This document shows, one piece after another, positions 62,458-64,000 of a DNA stretch of 64,000 bases. The position numbers and the translations under genes are program-made. The stretch is from contig CAWDYC010000011.1 of NCBI GenBank assembly GCA_963806535.1, positions 64,001 through 128,000 on the forward strand, written 5' to 3'. Each line of letters begins with the position of its first letter. The first letter of the stretch is position 1. The DNA comes from Candidatus Bathyarchaeota archaeon (lineage in GTDB: Archaea; Thermoproteota; Bathyarchaeia; Bathyarchaeales; Bathycorpusculaceae). Below the pieces are notes generated by a model. It had not been told where the DNA came from and did no database searches. It saw only the letters and a program-made list of their open reading frames with translations.

Positions 62458-63909
62458 AAGAAGAAACTAAAGTTCAGAATCGCTTTCAAGCAATTGAAGT
62501 AGCCAAACAGGAACCTTCCGTGCGGTCGAAGAATTTTGAGGAAGTCGTTTTAGGCTACACAGAAGAGCAAGCATTAGCTGAAGCCTCCAGATGCCTAAAC
62601 TGCCCAAACCCCAAATGCGTTACCGGTTGCCCAGTAGGCGTTGACATTCCAGCGTTTATTTCCTGCATCAAAAAAAGAAAGTACCACGAAGCCATCTCAA
62701 AAATTAAAGAAAAAAACAGTCTCCCCGCCATTTGCGGACGAGTTTGCCCTCAAGAAGAGCAATGCCAAAAAAACTGTATAATGGGCAGAAAAGGCGAATC
62801 GGTTTCCATTGGGCGACTTGAACGGTTTGTCGCTGACTTTGAACATGAAAAAGGCATAACGCCTAAGCCGGCAGAGGCATGGAATGGCAGAAAAGTAGCC
62901 GTGGTCGGCGCGGGTCCAGCAGGGTTAACTGTAGCAGCGGATTTAGCTAAGTTGGGGTACCGTGTGGTTATTTTTGAGGCGCTTCATCTTGCCGGAGGCG
63001 TATTGGTTTATGGTATTCCAGAGTTCCGATTACCCAAACGCATTGTTCAAGCTGAAGTTGACTACATCGAGAGGTTAGGCGTTGAATTGCAGACTGATTC
63101 CTTGATTGGCAGACTTTACACTATTCCGGAGTTGTTGGCGCAAGGTTTCGACGCAATCTTCATTGGCACCGGCGCAGGCTTACCAAAGTTTATGGGTATA
63201 CCTGGCGAGAACCTCTGTGGAATCTACTCAGCCAACGAATTTTTAATACGCGTCAACCTCATGAAGTCCTATCAGTTTCCAAAATCCAAAACACCCATAC
63301 ACATGGGCAAAAAAGTGGTAGTCATCGGCGGCGGCAACGTAGCGTTGGATTCTGCACGGTGCGCTCTACGGTTGGGTGCCGAAAGCGTTTCGATTGTTTA
63401 TCGCCGCTCAAGAGAGGAAATGCCAGCTAGAGAAGAAGAAATTAGCAACGCTGAGGAAGAAGGAATCACAATTCAAGTTCCTTGCTGCCCCAACACAGTT
63501 CATAGCTGATGACCATGGGCAAGTTAAAGCTATGGAATATGTAACAATGAAACTTACTGAACCAGACGCGACGGGCAGAAGCAAACCAGTTCCAATCAAA
63601 GGTTCAGAAACTACCATAGATGTTGACACAGTCATAGTTGCCATAGGACGTACGCCTAACCCAATCATTCAAAGCACCACTGAAGGGCTAAAAACGTTAG
63701 TCGGTGGCATCATAGCGGTTGATAAAGACACGGGCCTCACCAGTTTAGAAGCGGTTTACGCTGGCGGCGACATAGCTACAGGTGAATCTACTGTTATTAG
63801 CGCCATGGGTTCAGGCAAAATAGCTGCCAAAAGCATACACAACTACCTCAACAGCAAAAAAGAAAAAGTGCTATTGGTGCACTCCGCCAAGGCAACTAAA
63901 CAGCCTTAA
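62436..63909 (+). CDS. sudA: SudA/NfnB-type (glutamate synthase small subunit-like) oxidoreductase (frameshift near 63470)
   Basis: EASRCLNC..P.CV.GCP, CGRVCPQEEQC, VGAGPAGL, YGIPEFRLP, GGGNVALD, AGGDIATG. Confidence 0.92.
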
Positions 63910-64000
63910 ATCTTCTTTTATTCTCCGCTTAAGCCGCTTGAATCTGGATTTGATGCTTTAAAGGCACGGTTAACCGTTATTTCAGCCATGCTAAATGCGC

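Noticed and set aside
159-63909. Programmed frameshifting, phase variation or mass pseudogenisation (at least 13 split genes)
   Set aside because: Single-base indels also hit conserved metabolic genes (apgM, modA, sudA, ABC ATPase, TOPRIM) with no shared slippery motif; sequencing or consensus error is the simpler explanation.

Overview
Archaeal chromosomal window, most likely Bathyarchaeia (inference from archaeal TyrRS, LeuRS and EF-1alpha, a short ERCC4 nuclease, fwdDBAC and many C-terminally anchored surface proteins). The core content is tyrS, leuS, tuf, apgM, rnhA, tRNA-Pro(CGG), two histidine kinases, a formylmethanofuran dehydrogenase operon, Mo/W-cofactor and uptake genes (fdhD, moeA, mobA, mobB, modABC, modE) and a SudBA/NfnAB-type oxidoreductase. 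Two accessory zones (~0.1-8.5 kb and ~25.5-32.4 kb) are rich in surface-protein genes and each carries a toxin-antitoxin pair; the first also holds a SIR2-domain gene. An ApeA-like HEPN gene lies separately, between fwdC and fdhD. The most striking signal is non-coding and found in both zones: six copies of a ~12-bp-phased array of AGTCAA/TTGACT half-sites (AGTCAA-N6-TTGACT) precede surface-protein genes, usually directly upstream of BRE-TATA, and in two places a half-site overlaps a stop codon. Three further repeat families occur: a GAACA-N3-TGTTC promoter module, an ~80-100 bp segment lying beside both TA modules, and a TGGGATTAAA-T-TTTAATCCCA palindrome that brackets single genes. Together these suggest either a surface-proteome regulon or a cassette-like gene shuffling system; no recombinase gene is visible in the window. 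At least 13 genes carry single-base frameshifts, most likely consensus errors of the assembly.
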